DNA from: Vezdaea acicularis
Lineage: Eukaryota
Assembly (NCBI GenBank): GCA_026025075.1
Contig: JAPEUI010000007.1
Span: 62,001-126,000 of the forward strand
Reading direction: 5' to 3'
DNA length: 64,000 nt
Numbering within the stretch: the stretch's first letter is position 1; each line of letters starts with the position of its first letter. Below, piece by piece: positions 26,549-37,633 of this stretch. Under the pieces are notes generated by a model. That model saw only the letters and a list, made by a program, of their open reading frames with translations, did not search any database and was not told the DNA's origin. Position numbers and translations under genes: made by a program.

Positions 26549-26819
26549 TACCCACCCCTATCCCTATCCCCTCCTATCAAACCCATCCCCATCTCAACTA
26601 CATCAGTATCCCCTCCATCCCATTCCCACACCCAAAAACCGTCAAGGAAAGGTGGAAAAAAAAGGAAAGAAAGCAGAAACGCCATATCCCCTCCTGCCCG
26701 CCCTATCCAAGCGGCCACTTCCACTGCCCCTGCTCCTCCGACTCCTGGTATTGCTGGACTGGCTAGATAGGGATGTGATGGATGGTTGTTGTATTGCTTT
26801 GGTTTTGGAGGGAGGGGGA

Positions 26820-29534
26820 TTATAGGTTGGTGATGCCGTTGGGTTTGACGTCGTGGGTGTGGGTGCCGTTTGGTTTGACTTCGTGGGTGCCATTGGGTTT
26901 GGGGTCGTGTGGGGTGGGTGCCTCGTTGTGGAGGGTGCTGTTGGGGTCTTTGGGGAGGGCGCCGTTGAGTACTTCGTGAGTGCCGCCGTTGATACCCTTG
27001 TGGACACCGCCGTTGACTCCTTCGTGGGCATTCCCATTGATACCCTCGTGGGCCCCACCATTGGTTCCTTCATGGACGCCACCATTGACTGCCTCATGAG
27101 CTCCTCCGTTTACCCTCGTATGGGCACCTCCATTGACACCCTCATGAGCACCTCCATTGACCTCCCCATTCAGCCGCCCATTCTCCAACCCCTCACCACC
27201 ATTCCCCATCTCAACCTTCTCAGGCGCGAGATCCATCCCGGCTTTCTTACCCTTCCCCTTCAAGCCGTCAACACCCACACTCGGACCCGCCGCAATGACC
27301 TCCTCCGTCGCCTCATCCGCATACTTGACGAAATTCTCATTGAAGAGACGGCCCAACTTCGTGACTTCCTCCCGGAAATCCTGCTCGCCGAGGGTCCACG
27401 CGTTCTTGGGGTTCAGCAGCTCCGAGGGGACGCCCGTCGCCTGTTTCGGGATGTGCAGGTTGAACGTGTCGTAGACCTCGTACTCGGCCTTTGCCAGTTC
27501 GCCGGAGTGAATGGCGTTGAGGATCGCGCGCGTATATTTCAATGGGCAGCGCTTGCCGCCTTTGGTGGCTGATGCGCCGACCCAGCCGGTGTTCAGTAGC
27601 CAGGCATTTGCCTTGTGATGGGCGATCTTGTCGGCAAGCATTTTGGCGTAGCGCATGGGGTGCAGTGCGAGGAAGGGCTGGGCGAAGCAGGAAGAGAAGG
27701 TGGCTTGCGGCTCGGTGATGCCGTCTTCCGTGCCAGCCATTTTGGAGGTATAGCCACTGATGAAGTGGAACATCGTCTGCTCAGACGTAAGCTTGCTGAT
27801 CGGGGGGAGCACACCCCGTGCGTCGCAGGTCAGCAGGATAATGTTTGTTGGATGGTTGAAGGAGAGGCAGGGGATTTTGGCGTTGTGGATATATTCGATT
27901 GGATAGGCACTTTGTGGTTTGGTCAGTCTACCGCATCCTAAAGTCGTCTAAACCCAATCCCGGAAAGAAAATCTTACCAACGGGTGTTCTCCGTCAACGT
28001 CCCATCTTCGTAGTCAACTTCGCGGGTGTCTTGGTTGAAGACGACGTTCTCAAGCACGGAACCAAACTTTATGGCGTTGTAGATATCGGGTTCCTTCTCA
28101 GCGGACAGACCGATGCACTTGGCGTAGCAGCCTCCTTCGATGTTGAAGACGCCACGGTCGCTCCAGCAGTGCTCGTCATCACCGATAAGCATCCGATTCG
28201 GATCCGCGGACAGCGTAGTTTTGCCGGTTCCTGAGAGACCGAAGAACACAGTGACGTCTCCTTCTTTGCCCTCGTTCGATGACGAGTGGAGGGTGAGAAC
28301 GTTGTGCTTGACGGGCATTTCGTAGAACAGAACAGTGAAGATGCCCTTTTTCATCTCACCAGCGTACTCGGTACCGAGGATAACCATCTCCTTGTCTGCA
28401 AAGTTGATGGCTACTGACGTGGCCGAGGTCATGCCTTCGGTATACCTGTTGGCCGGGAACTGTCCTGCATTGTAGATGACATAGTCGGGATGGAAGTTTT
28501 CGAGCTCTTCCCGGGTTGGCCGGATGAGCATGTTTCGCATGAACAAGGCATGATAAGCTCGCGCGCAGACAACGCGGACGCGGATCCTATAACGTTCATC
28601 CCAACCAGCGAAGCCATCGACGACGTAAATTCGGTTTCGGGTGTTGAGGTAGTCAATCGCGCGTTCTCGGTTTATCCGCCAGACCTGTCAACAACAAGAG
28701 CGTCAGCTTTCGTCTCTCTCCTCCAATAGAACAGCCAATCGTATCGCAGATAGATGCGATAGCGTGATATGAAAATGTGAGGGGAACACGTGATGGTCGG
28801 GTAGTGGCATTGGCGCCGTTCTGATTGGCGCGGTCAGACGTCCACGACCAGGGCTGAAATGCGGGGAAAAAAGGCACCGCCACGGGCGAAAGGCCGGCAG
28901 AAAAAAAAATGACGTCTCGTGCAAATCGCATGGACCACATGCCAAACGACCGAGGCAGCAGACGGTCTGAGAGTACCATCAAACGCAGCAGAATGAAATA
29001 ATCGTGAGCTCACCTCTGGAGTCATTGGCTTGTTCACAGGGCCCCACCACACATCATTCTCCGAACTGGGCTCCTTCACGATCCGTTTGTCGAGCGGTGA
29101 GCGACCGGTCTTCGCTCCGGAATAAGCCGTCAGGGCGCCAGACGACGTGATGGCTGAGCCGGTCTCGTAGACAAGTGCATCTTCGTAGAGCGCAGCGACG
29201 GAAGGATTAGGAATCTGCAAATTGGTTAGTGAGATGATCTCAATGTTAGTCTTTTGACGCAAGACGAGGAGGACATACAATGGCGACGTGGTCATAGTCG
29301 ATGTTGGCGGTCTCATGCAATTCCTCTTCAATCTCGGTGTGCTCCTTCGACGGCCTAAGCGACCGCACACAATGCCATTAGCCGTCGTTCCTTGCATATT
29401 TCTTGAACGCAAGTGCAACAAAAGCAAAGTCTGCCGTAGCAATGCATGTCGACGTGACAGTGAGGTGAGGGTTCTGCTTACTGGACACCGCTCGGGTGAA
29501 GGGCGGTCTTGTTGACGGTGCTGCTGTTCAACAT
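26820..29534 (-). CDS. PCK1: Phosphoenolpyruvate carboxykinase (ATP), multi-exon, with long repetitive C-terminal extension
   Basis: [39 protein letters not shown] (P-loop), [39 protein letters not shown]. Confidence 0.97.
26967..27158 (-). repeat. Eight 24-bp coding repeats (NGGAHEGV consensus) in the PEPCK tail
   Basis: [64 protein letters not shown] in the ORF translation. Confidence 0.92.
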
Positions 29535-29664
29535 CTTGTCGGATGGTGGAGTGGAGAGTGGAGTGTAGAGTATGCTGCGTTTGGGAGGTCTAGATTCAGT
29601 AGTGAAAGAACGTGAAGCTCGTCCTGAGGTGGAGCCAGTAAAGAGACCGGGGCATTGGCGTGTC

Positions 29665-30331
29665 TTTATATGAGCCCGTGGTCCGAGTGGTCCAAGTGGA
29701 GCGACGGTCTGGATCCGGAATGACGAGAATGCCAGGGACGAGGAATGAATTGTGGGGGTAATAGCAACAGCGCGATCCGTCACGAGCGAAGCCGTGGTCG
29801 CCGGCGGCGGGAGGAGAGGAAACACAGGCGATGCCCCACAGCAGATTCGCTCGTGAACGGCGCCCTGGGTGTTCATCGCCAGAAGAGCCGGCCGCTGATT
29901 GGCGCAGAGCGGACGGAATCCCAATGCGGTCTGGCTGCGTCGGGCGGGCTGGCGGTGCTCATCCTGGAGCGCCCATGATGTGCCATCGCCGCCAGCTGCA
30001 CTCGGGCGGTTTCGGGCGCAGGGAGTCCTGAATGTCCCGAGTCCCAGGGGCGGCCAAAGGGAGGAGAGCCGTTGGATGCGCATCCAGTCGGCGGGCTGGC
30101 GAGGGGCGGCGTGAGGGCTTCTGTTTGCCCTGTTTGCCCTCTCGGCCCCGTCTGTCCTTTCCTTGCAGCTACCAGCTGGACGCGGACGCTGGTAGCTGCG
30201 GTCCCCAAATCATCTGAAAGGGGAGTGGTGCCGGTGGAGCGCGGACGTAGGTCGATGAAAGCGGGCACGCGACGTGCTACCGTTTGAGGAAGAAGCGCGT
30301 CGAGAAGACAAAGAACCGCCGGTCAGACCCG
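29665..30331 (-). promoter_or_regulatory. PEPCK promoter: TATA box and candidate CCG-N7-CCG (AcuK/AcuM-type) sites
   Basis: TATAAA on minus at 29665-29670, about 130 nt above the ATG; CGG-N7-CGG at 30003-30015 and 30232-30244, CCG-N7-CCG at 30319-30331. The region is GC-rich, so chance matches are possible. Confidence 0.45.
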
Positions 30332-31541
30332 TCCCAAGAGAAGAGCAAGCGCATCTGCCGTGACGGCGCGGAGCATGGCAGCAGCAGCGCCGTTGGAGGA
30401 CCGTTGCGAACGAACGCCGTGGACGGGATCAAAGGCAAATGCGGGAGCTACGACATAAATTCGTGCCGTTGCGGTGTCAGTCCGAGGGATGAGAGTTTCG
30501 AGATCGAGATGTCACGCAGCAGAGATTTGCCTCCGTTCTGCGCAGCGAGCGATATCGAAAGGCCATCGCTCATGCATGTAAGATCATCCGCTGGCCCTTT
30601 ACCCTGACGCCGCCGGCGAGTCTCGATGTCATTCGCCCTCCCCGCCACGTCCTGACTCGCAGCGACTGGCCCCGCATCGTCCCAAGCGCCGTTGTCTCTG
30701 CCCGGTCACGCCTGCCGCTCGCTTCTCACGCGCCATCGGTGCCCTCGGCTGCACGAGACGGCCAAGCTCAGCCCCCATTGTGGAGGTCGATGTGTCAACG
30801 AATGCTGAGTATTGGATGTTCACAGCTCTCGTGGTACATTGAATAGGGCCAACCCTTGGCTGCCATCTGTTCTCGCTATATAAGGTCAAGGTCAGGCCGA
30901 CGAGGGCAGGACTTGGCGCGCTTAGGTCTGGCCCTCGCACGGGAGAAATCGGGTGACGGGCGACAGGGGTAGGGGCCGACCGCCGGCCGCGCCGTCGTAC
31001 CCTTCACATGTGAAAGAAGAGAAGAGGCAGAAGAAAAGGCAGAGGAGGCCGAGCATCGGAAGGCAGGAAGGTTACAATTAAGATCCAATGCAGCTCAATT
31101 GAGCCACGACCAAACGTGCACGTCGTCTGGCTCGGGTCTCGACACCGCCATGCGCATCCGCATCCTGGGAGAAAGCTTGAATGTCGTGATGTGAATCGTG
31201 CGCCTTCGAATCGCATCCCGATCCGTGTACCTGCAGCAAGGAGAAAAAGCACATTGGCGATGGAGCAAGAGCTATTGGCCCTCCCGTGACCCCAGCAGGG
31301 CGTCATGTTTTTTGCGCCCCGCCTCCACCAGGCGTCCCGTAGCAGATCTCCACGTTGGCGACTTCCTTTCGAGCATCATTCACGATGGATAAGAAGGAGA
31401 TGATGCGAATGATACCAACTATTCCAACTATCTTGAAAATATCATCAACGCGTCTCACTTCGCCATAGAGGTCGGGCACTCGGCAAAAAAGATCCGGGCA
31501 AACCATCAAGGGTGGCTTATAAGGCCCGTGCTTTCATCAGG

Positions 31542-32604
31542 ATGGCTTCGAGCGCGAAACCTCCAATAGTCCCCGAGGCGGACCTCGAATCTTTCTCGGC
31601 ACATCTCAAATCCTCAAGCCGGATTCTGGCTTTGCTGGGAGCAGGCCTTTCGGCGTCCTCCGGTCTTCCAACCTTCAGAGGTGCGGGGGGATTGTGGAGG
31701 AACCATGAAGCAATGACGCTGGCGACGCCCGATGCTTTTGATGAGGATCCGGGGCTCGTCTGGCAGTTTTATAGCTACAGGAGACATATGGCGTTGAAGG
31801 CGAGCCCCAACCCTGCACATTTCGCTTTGGCAGAGTTGGCGAGGCGGAAAGAAGGATTCATGACGCTGAGCCAAAATGTCGATGGTACTTCAAGCCCTGG
31901 CCATACTCCCTATTGTTGACGATCGATTGGTAATCTGGTGTCATGTAGGCCTCTCACAACGAGCAAACCATCCACAGTCTCAGCTTCATCTTCTCCATGG
32001 CTCTCTCTTCGACGTCAAGTGCACTTCGTTCTATTGTAACTACGTCGAACGCAACAATTATACCGACCCCATTGTCCCAGCCCTAGCCATACCCGAAACT
32101 GCCCCTGAACCAGTCCCCTCCTCCAAAGATACTTCTGGTGCGGAAGCATCCGCTTCCCTTTACGCAACCCTAAAACACCCCCAAAGACAGTATGTCGATA
32201 TTTCAGACGCTGCCATCCCAATTCCCTCTCTCCAACCTTCGGACCTCCCTCGATGTCCCAAATGCAAAAATGGTCTCCTACGCCCTGGTGTGGTCTGGTT
32301 TAACGAGCCACTTCCTGTAGACACGATAACTGCGATCGATGACTGGATGGCGGCCTCACCGAAAATCGACTTGATGTTAGTCATCGGGACCAGCGCGAAA
32401 GTGTACCCTGCTGCAGGATATGTCGACGAGGCGAGAGCAAAGGGAGCAAGGATAGCAGTCGTCAATATGGATCGAGAGCATGTGCCGGCCAGTATGCTTG
32501 GCAAACCGGAGAAGAAGGATTGGTTCTTCGAAGGAGATGCAGGGGCAATTGTTCCACATATACTGGAAAGTGTCATTGGGGAGATCAAGGTGGGTTCAGA
32601 GTAG
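31542..32604 (+). CDS. NAD-dependent deacylase, class III sirtuin (SIRT5/CobB-like; intron 31885-31948)
   Basis: GAGLSASSGLPTFRG, WQFYSYRR (YxxR acyl-pocket motif), QNVD|GL, LHGSL, LRPGVVWFNE, GTSAKVYPAAG. Confidence 0.92.
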
Positions 32605-32716
32605 TGGGGACGGTCGGTGCAATTGCGAATGGAACCGCATACGAATGTCATAAGTACCTGCTCTTCCGCCTGGCCTCCAAGCACCAGTTCAAGTTGGCAG
32701 ATCCTCATCTGCCATC

Positions 32717-33319
32717 ATGTTACCTCCTCCCTATTCAGAAACATATGGCGAGCCACCCTCGTACTATCCATCATCCTTACCACCCTTTAGCTCAGTTCCG
32801 TCACGCATTACCTCATTAGCAGGTCCCGAGCCCTTTCTCACGATTCCACTACTCGAAGAATGCGGCGGATTCATCAGACTACTCATGCTAGCAGCCATCT
32901 ACGACGACTGGCAAATGACAAGGGACTCTTCACATTGCTGGCGAGAGATCTACCGCATGCACGGCGGGAACTGGCTGTATCTACTTGAGATATTGGGAAG
33001 GCGCTTGGTGGCTACGCCTTTCAGGACGTATCAGGAGAAAGTCGATGAATTAGGACTTTCGGTACGAGACGAGAAACTCCTTAGGTCGAAGGAAATGTAC
33101 ACCGCCATCCTAGACTCCTACTACGAACGCGTCTTTCATCACAATACCCGGAATACAACATGGAAAGACTCGCGACATCTTGTCTGCGAGAGATTCAGAA
33201 GCGCCATGGACATACATAAGCGATGTGGAGGGTATCTACTGGGCAGCCTCAAGCTCAGGGCCAAGTTCTACTCGTGGAAATTCAAGTTATTTTGGGGCAT
33301 TTACGAGAGGCGTAACTAG
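32717..33319 (+). CDS. Hypothetical protein (200 aa) with N-terminal PPxY motifs
   Basis: Intronless ATG ORF filling the gap between the sirtuin and PAN2; MLPPPYSETYGEPPSY; no recognisable domain. Confidence 0.55.
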   Translation: MLPPPYSETYGEPPSYYPSSLPPFSSVPSRITSLAGPEPFLTIPLLEECGGFIRLLMLAAIYDDWQMTRDSSHCWREIYRMHGGNWLYLLEILGRRLVATPFRTYQEKVDELGLSVRDEKLLRSKEMYTAILDSYYERVFHHNTRNTTWKDSRHLVCERFRSAMDIHKRCGGYLLGSLKLRAKFYSWKFKLFWGIYERRN

Positions 33320-33625
33320 AACTCTTAGCCATTAAAGTAGACACGCTGTCCTTTATGAATAAAACCGTGCCTACATTTGTTGAATGTGTTATGCCCGTGC
33401 TTGATGCTCCACTATTTGCCCAAAGAGGTACGCGAGCTCCCCACAACCACGGCCCAAAGAGGCACGATGTGGACATCTACGCATCGTCAGTTCAATTGCC
33501 AATAATTTCTGACTCACCATGACATATAAATTCCCTATTTCATCTCCTGGAATGATTTTCTCTTTCTTAAACATTTCAAATCTGCCCAAGACTTTACAAG
33601 AACATACATATCCAAGACATTCAAG

Positions 33626-36600
33626 ATGGAAGCCGATTGGGATGAAGTGAGTCGCTCCTGCTGAACATGTCATTCCACCTACAGCACCTTCCAAATCCCC
33701 TTGATACCTCCTTTCACTTTAAATAAGCTCAAACACTGATGCAACGGCTTCGCTTCAGATAGCACAGACCGCCTTACCACCACCGGGCCCTCATGCACTC
33801 TCCACGCCCGTAGCCTCTCTGGCGTTTGACCCATGCCAAGAACTCGTCTGGACCGGCAATACATATGTAAGAAATCATCATTAACAGGATACTGAAGACT
33901 TTTTGAATATAAGCTAAATATATCGTAGGGTCGAGTCACTTCGTTTTATGGCCCCGAGTTGCAGAAGTATACCTCCTTCCGCGCTCACCCCACGGACGAA
34001 GGCTCGGTTCGAGCCGTTTTGGTCAATGAGAAGGGCGTTATCTCTATTTCCTCTAAGAGTGTGCATTTTGCTATACGCAGAGGCTTGCCAGAATGGCATG
34101 TAACGTATGTATATCTCCTACCCCCACCATGTCTTGATCAGCGAGTGGGAATGAAACGTCAAACTTAGACAAGGTTTGAACTAATTATTTCTTATCCAGA
34201 GACCAGTTGGTCACTTTTTCTTTATGTTTAGTTCATCGTGGTTCAGTTTGGGTTTTTTTAAGCGGATGTGACTAACTAAGATAATGCAGACACGAGAAAA
34301 TGACCGATCTTCGGTGCATGAGCTATACCTCCAAAGGAACCTCCGAGATCCTTGTGGCGGGATGGCAGAATGTCATGTTCGTTGTAGATGTGGACAAGGG
34401 TGTAATCACAAGAGAGGTGAATTTCGGACCTCCCACTCTTAAGTTTTACGATACTGACAAACCCTAGATCGAAACGACAAGCAACTACTCCATCATGAGA
34501 CTAAGCAGATACATCTGTGCTGCTACTACTGCGGGCTACGTCGACATAATCGACTCAACCAAATTGACCGTTGTCAAAAGCTGGAAGGCTCATGGTACCA
34601 TCCATGATATGGACACCCAGAACTTCTACTTGGTGACATGTGGCCACTCGAACCGCCAGCATATCACAATGACTGGAATGAGTCTCATGATGGACCCTCT
34701 CGCTCAAGTATTTGACTTGAGAAGCCTTGCTCCGCTACCCCCAATTCCGTTCCCTGCTGGTGCTGCTTACGTACGTCTGCATCCACGGATGGTCACCACC
34801 GGCATTATTGCCTCTCAACAAGGCCAATTACAGTTAGTCGACCTCATGAACCCCAACGCTGTAACACTTCGACAAGCAAATGTTCAGAGCCCATTGACGC
34901 ACATGGAGCTATCACCCTTGGGCCAAGCTCTGATTCTGGCAGATCAAGAATGCCTCATGCATCTCTGGGGATCCCCAACGCAGTCGATGCGGTTCTGCGA
35001 AGTCAGCGGTCCTGTAGAATTCGCTGATGTTGCGACGCCACTGCCACAGATCGACTGGACTGCCGATACGTAAGTCTTGAATAACACACTATTCTATCCT
35101 GCTGAGATGGTTGCTTATGCATGCTACAGACCTTTAAGCTCAGTGGGCCTTCCCTACTACCGGGAAACGCTTCTTTCTGCCTGGCCAAGCAACCTCGTGT
35201 TCGAAGTCGGGCATCCTCCGCCAAAAGTCGACCCCGATCTCTTGGCTGATTTGACACCAATGGATATTGGCGGGTATGCCAGAAATCGAAAAGGCCTTAA
35301 ACGGAATGTTGTTGAAACCACGATTCTTATTGATAGCTCAAGTGGGCCTCTGATTGCACCCAAATTCCTGAGCGAGAAGGCGAGAGAGGCGGGTGCCGAT
35401 GGAAGCAATGAGAGGAGGATCAGTGATGCTGTCGAAGCTCTGGGAGAAATCAACATGAGCGATCTGAAGGCCCAGGTACCTCTGCATTATCGGAATGTTG
35501 AGATCAAGTACAGTCGATTTGGAGTTGATGACTTTGACTTTGAGTAAGTTAGATTAGGTTTATCTTCACTAGTCAACCTGCTGACGTCGGTGTAGATTCT
35601 ACAACAGGACCCATTACTCGGGGCTAGAAACCCATATAGCCAACTCCTATTCCAACTCTCTCCTACAGCTACTCAGATTCGTTCCCCTCGCCCGCAACAT
35701 AGCGTTACAGCACGCAGCGACATCCTGCTTATCCGAACACTGCCTCCTCTGTGAGCTCGGTTTCTTATTCGACATGCTCGAATCCGCCAATGGCCTAAAC
35801 TGCCAAGCCACCAACTTTCTCAAGACATTCAGCTCCCTCCCTCAAGCCGCCCAGCTCGGCCTGCTTGAAGAAGACTCACCGAGCACAGCCCTCACCACCA
35901 TAATTCAAAACATGAACCGCTTTCTTCTCGAAAGAGTATCCGTCGACTACAAGGAGATTTCTCCCGCCTCCCCAACCCTCGACAACACCTTCCGCACCTC
36001 CGCCATAACCAGCATCCGCTGCCTGAGCTGCCACACGGAGACCATGCGCGAGGGTGGCTCCTACGTCACAGAGCTGACCTATGCCCGCCGCGCCGCCACC
36101 ACCAAAGCCGCCGCCCGTATGCCGCAACCCACCTTCTCTGAAGTGCTCAAGGCCAGCATCGAATGCGAGATCCAGACGCGTGGCTGGTGCGATAAGTGCC
36201 GCAAATATCAACCCCTCACAACGCGGAAGAGCATCCAAAGCATCCCCTCGGTGCTCATGCTCAACGCCGCGATCCACTCCGCCGAAGCAAAGAAGTACTG
36301 GGGCATTCCCAACTGGCTCCCGTCCTCTATAGGCCTCGGCATCGAGAACGGCTCCGTGCTTGTCTGCGAAGGTGCGGAGCTCATGAAACGGCTCGACAGC
36401 CCTAACAGTCTTACGGTATACGAGCTCGTTGGTTTCGTCGCTGATATCGACAGCGGTGAGCACCAGACACCGCACCTGGTCTCTTTAATAAATGTAAATA
36501 TATCCAGCCGCCCTAACTCCAACTCCGACTCTACGGACAAGGAAGAAGCACAATGGTACCTCTTCAACGACTTTCTAGTCCGCCGCGTCCCTGCCGCTGA

Positions 36601-37633
36601 CGCCCTCTCCTTCCACTCCACTTGGAAGCTCCCCAGCATCCTGACTTACCAGGTCCGCTCTGCATCGCACTCGCTTTCTGATGAATGGAAATCATCCCTG
36701 TCGACCTCACTCCTGTACACCGAGTGGAGCACCAACGGCGTCCCGCCTCACCCCACCACACGCCTACTCGACCCATCAACGGAAGCCCCCGGCCCCGGCA
36801 CCCTCGTCGCCATCGACTCCGAATTCGTCGCGCTCCAACGCGAAGAAATCGAGATCAAAGCCGACGGCACGCGCGAGACCATCCGCCCCTCCCGCCTCGC
36901 CCTAGCGCGCGTCTCCGTCTGCCGCGGCGCCGGCATGGCCGAAGGCATCCCTTTCATCGACGACTACATCGTCACCTCCGAGCCCGTCGTCGACTACGTC
37001 ACCGCCTTCAGCGGCATCCGCGCCGGCGACCTCTCCCCGCAGTCCTCCACGCACCCCCTCGTCCCCCTCAAAGTCGCCTACAAGAAACTCTGGCTCCTGC
37101 GCGTGCTCGGCTGCGTCTTCGTCGGCCACGGCCTCATCAAGGACTTCCGCACCATCAACATCCACCTCCCCAAATCCCAGGTCATCGACACCGTCGTCCT
37201 CTTCCAATCCCCCCATTTTCGCCGCAAACTCAAACTCCGCTTCCTCGCGTGGCTGCTCCTTCGTCAGGATATTCAGACCGGGGATCATGATTCTGTCGAG
37301 GATGCCCGCTCCGCCCTCGGCCTCTATCGCAAGTATCAGGAGTTTCAAGAGGCCGGCGTCTTTGAGGAACGCCTCGAGGATGTTTATCGGAAAGGCCGCG
37401 AGTTGGGCTTTAATCCGCCCTCGTCGGCGTCCTTGTCCGCAGCAGCGGCTGTAGCGGGGACTGCGACTGCGGAGGGTGTCGCGAGGGGCGAGAATACGCC
37501 GCCGCCACTATATCAGCAGCCCGGGGGGAGCATGCCCGGGACGCCGAGTCGACGCCCGGCACCACTCCTCCGCGAACCGGGAACGCCGGGGAGGAGCGAG
37601 GGAGTGGGGCTTTCGGGAAGTCCGTTGAGGTAG
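33626..37633 (+). CDS. PAN2: Poly(A) nuclease catalytic subunit Pan2 (WD40, pseudo-UCH and DEDD exonuclease; multi-exon)
   Basis: MEADWDE|..AFDPCQELVWTGN; IKYSRFGVDDFDF; SGLETHIANSY; VAIDSEFV, FIDDYI, GHGLIKDF, HDSVEDAR. Confidence 0.96.

Noticed and set aside
34180..34289. Internal branch/acceptor-like CTAAT..CCAG in a long PAN2 intron (possible poison acceptor or twin intron)
   Set aside because: There is no matching internal donor, and such motifs are common by chance in T-rich introns.
35876..37348. Overlapping ORFs on both strands within PAN2
   Set aside because: Stop-poor shadow frames of GC-rich coding sequence, with no independent motifs.
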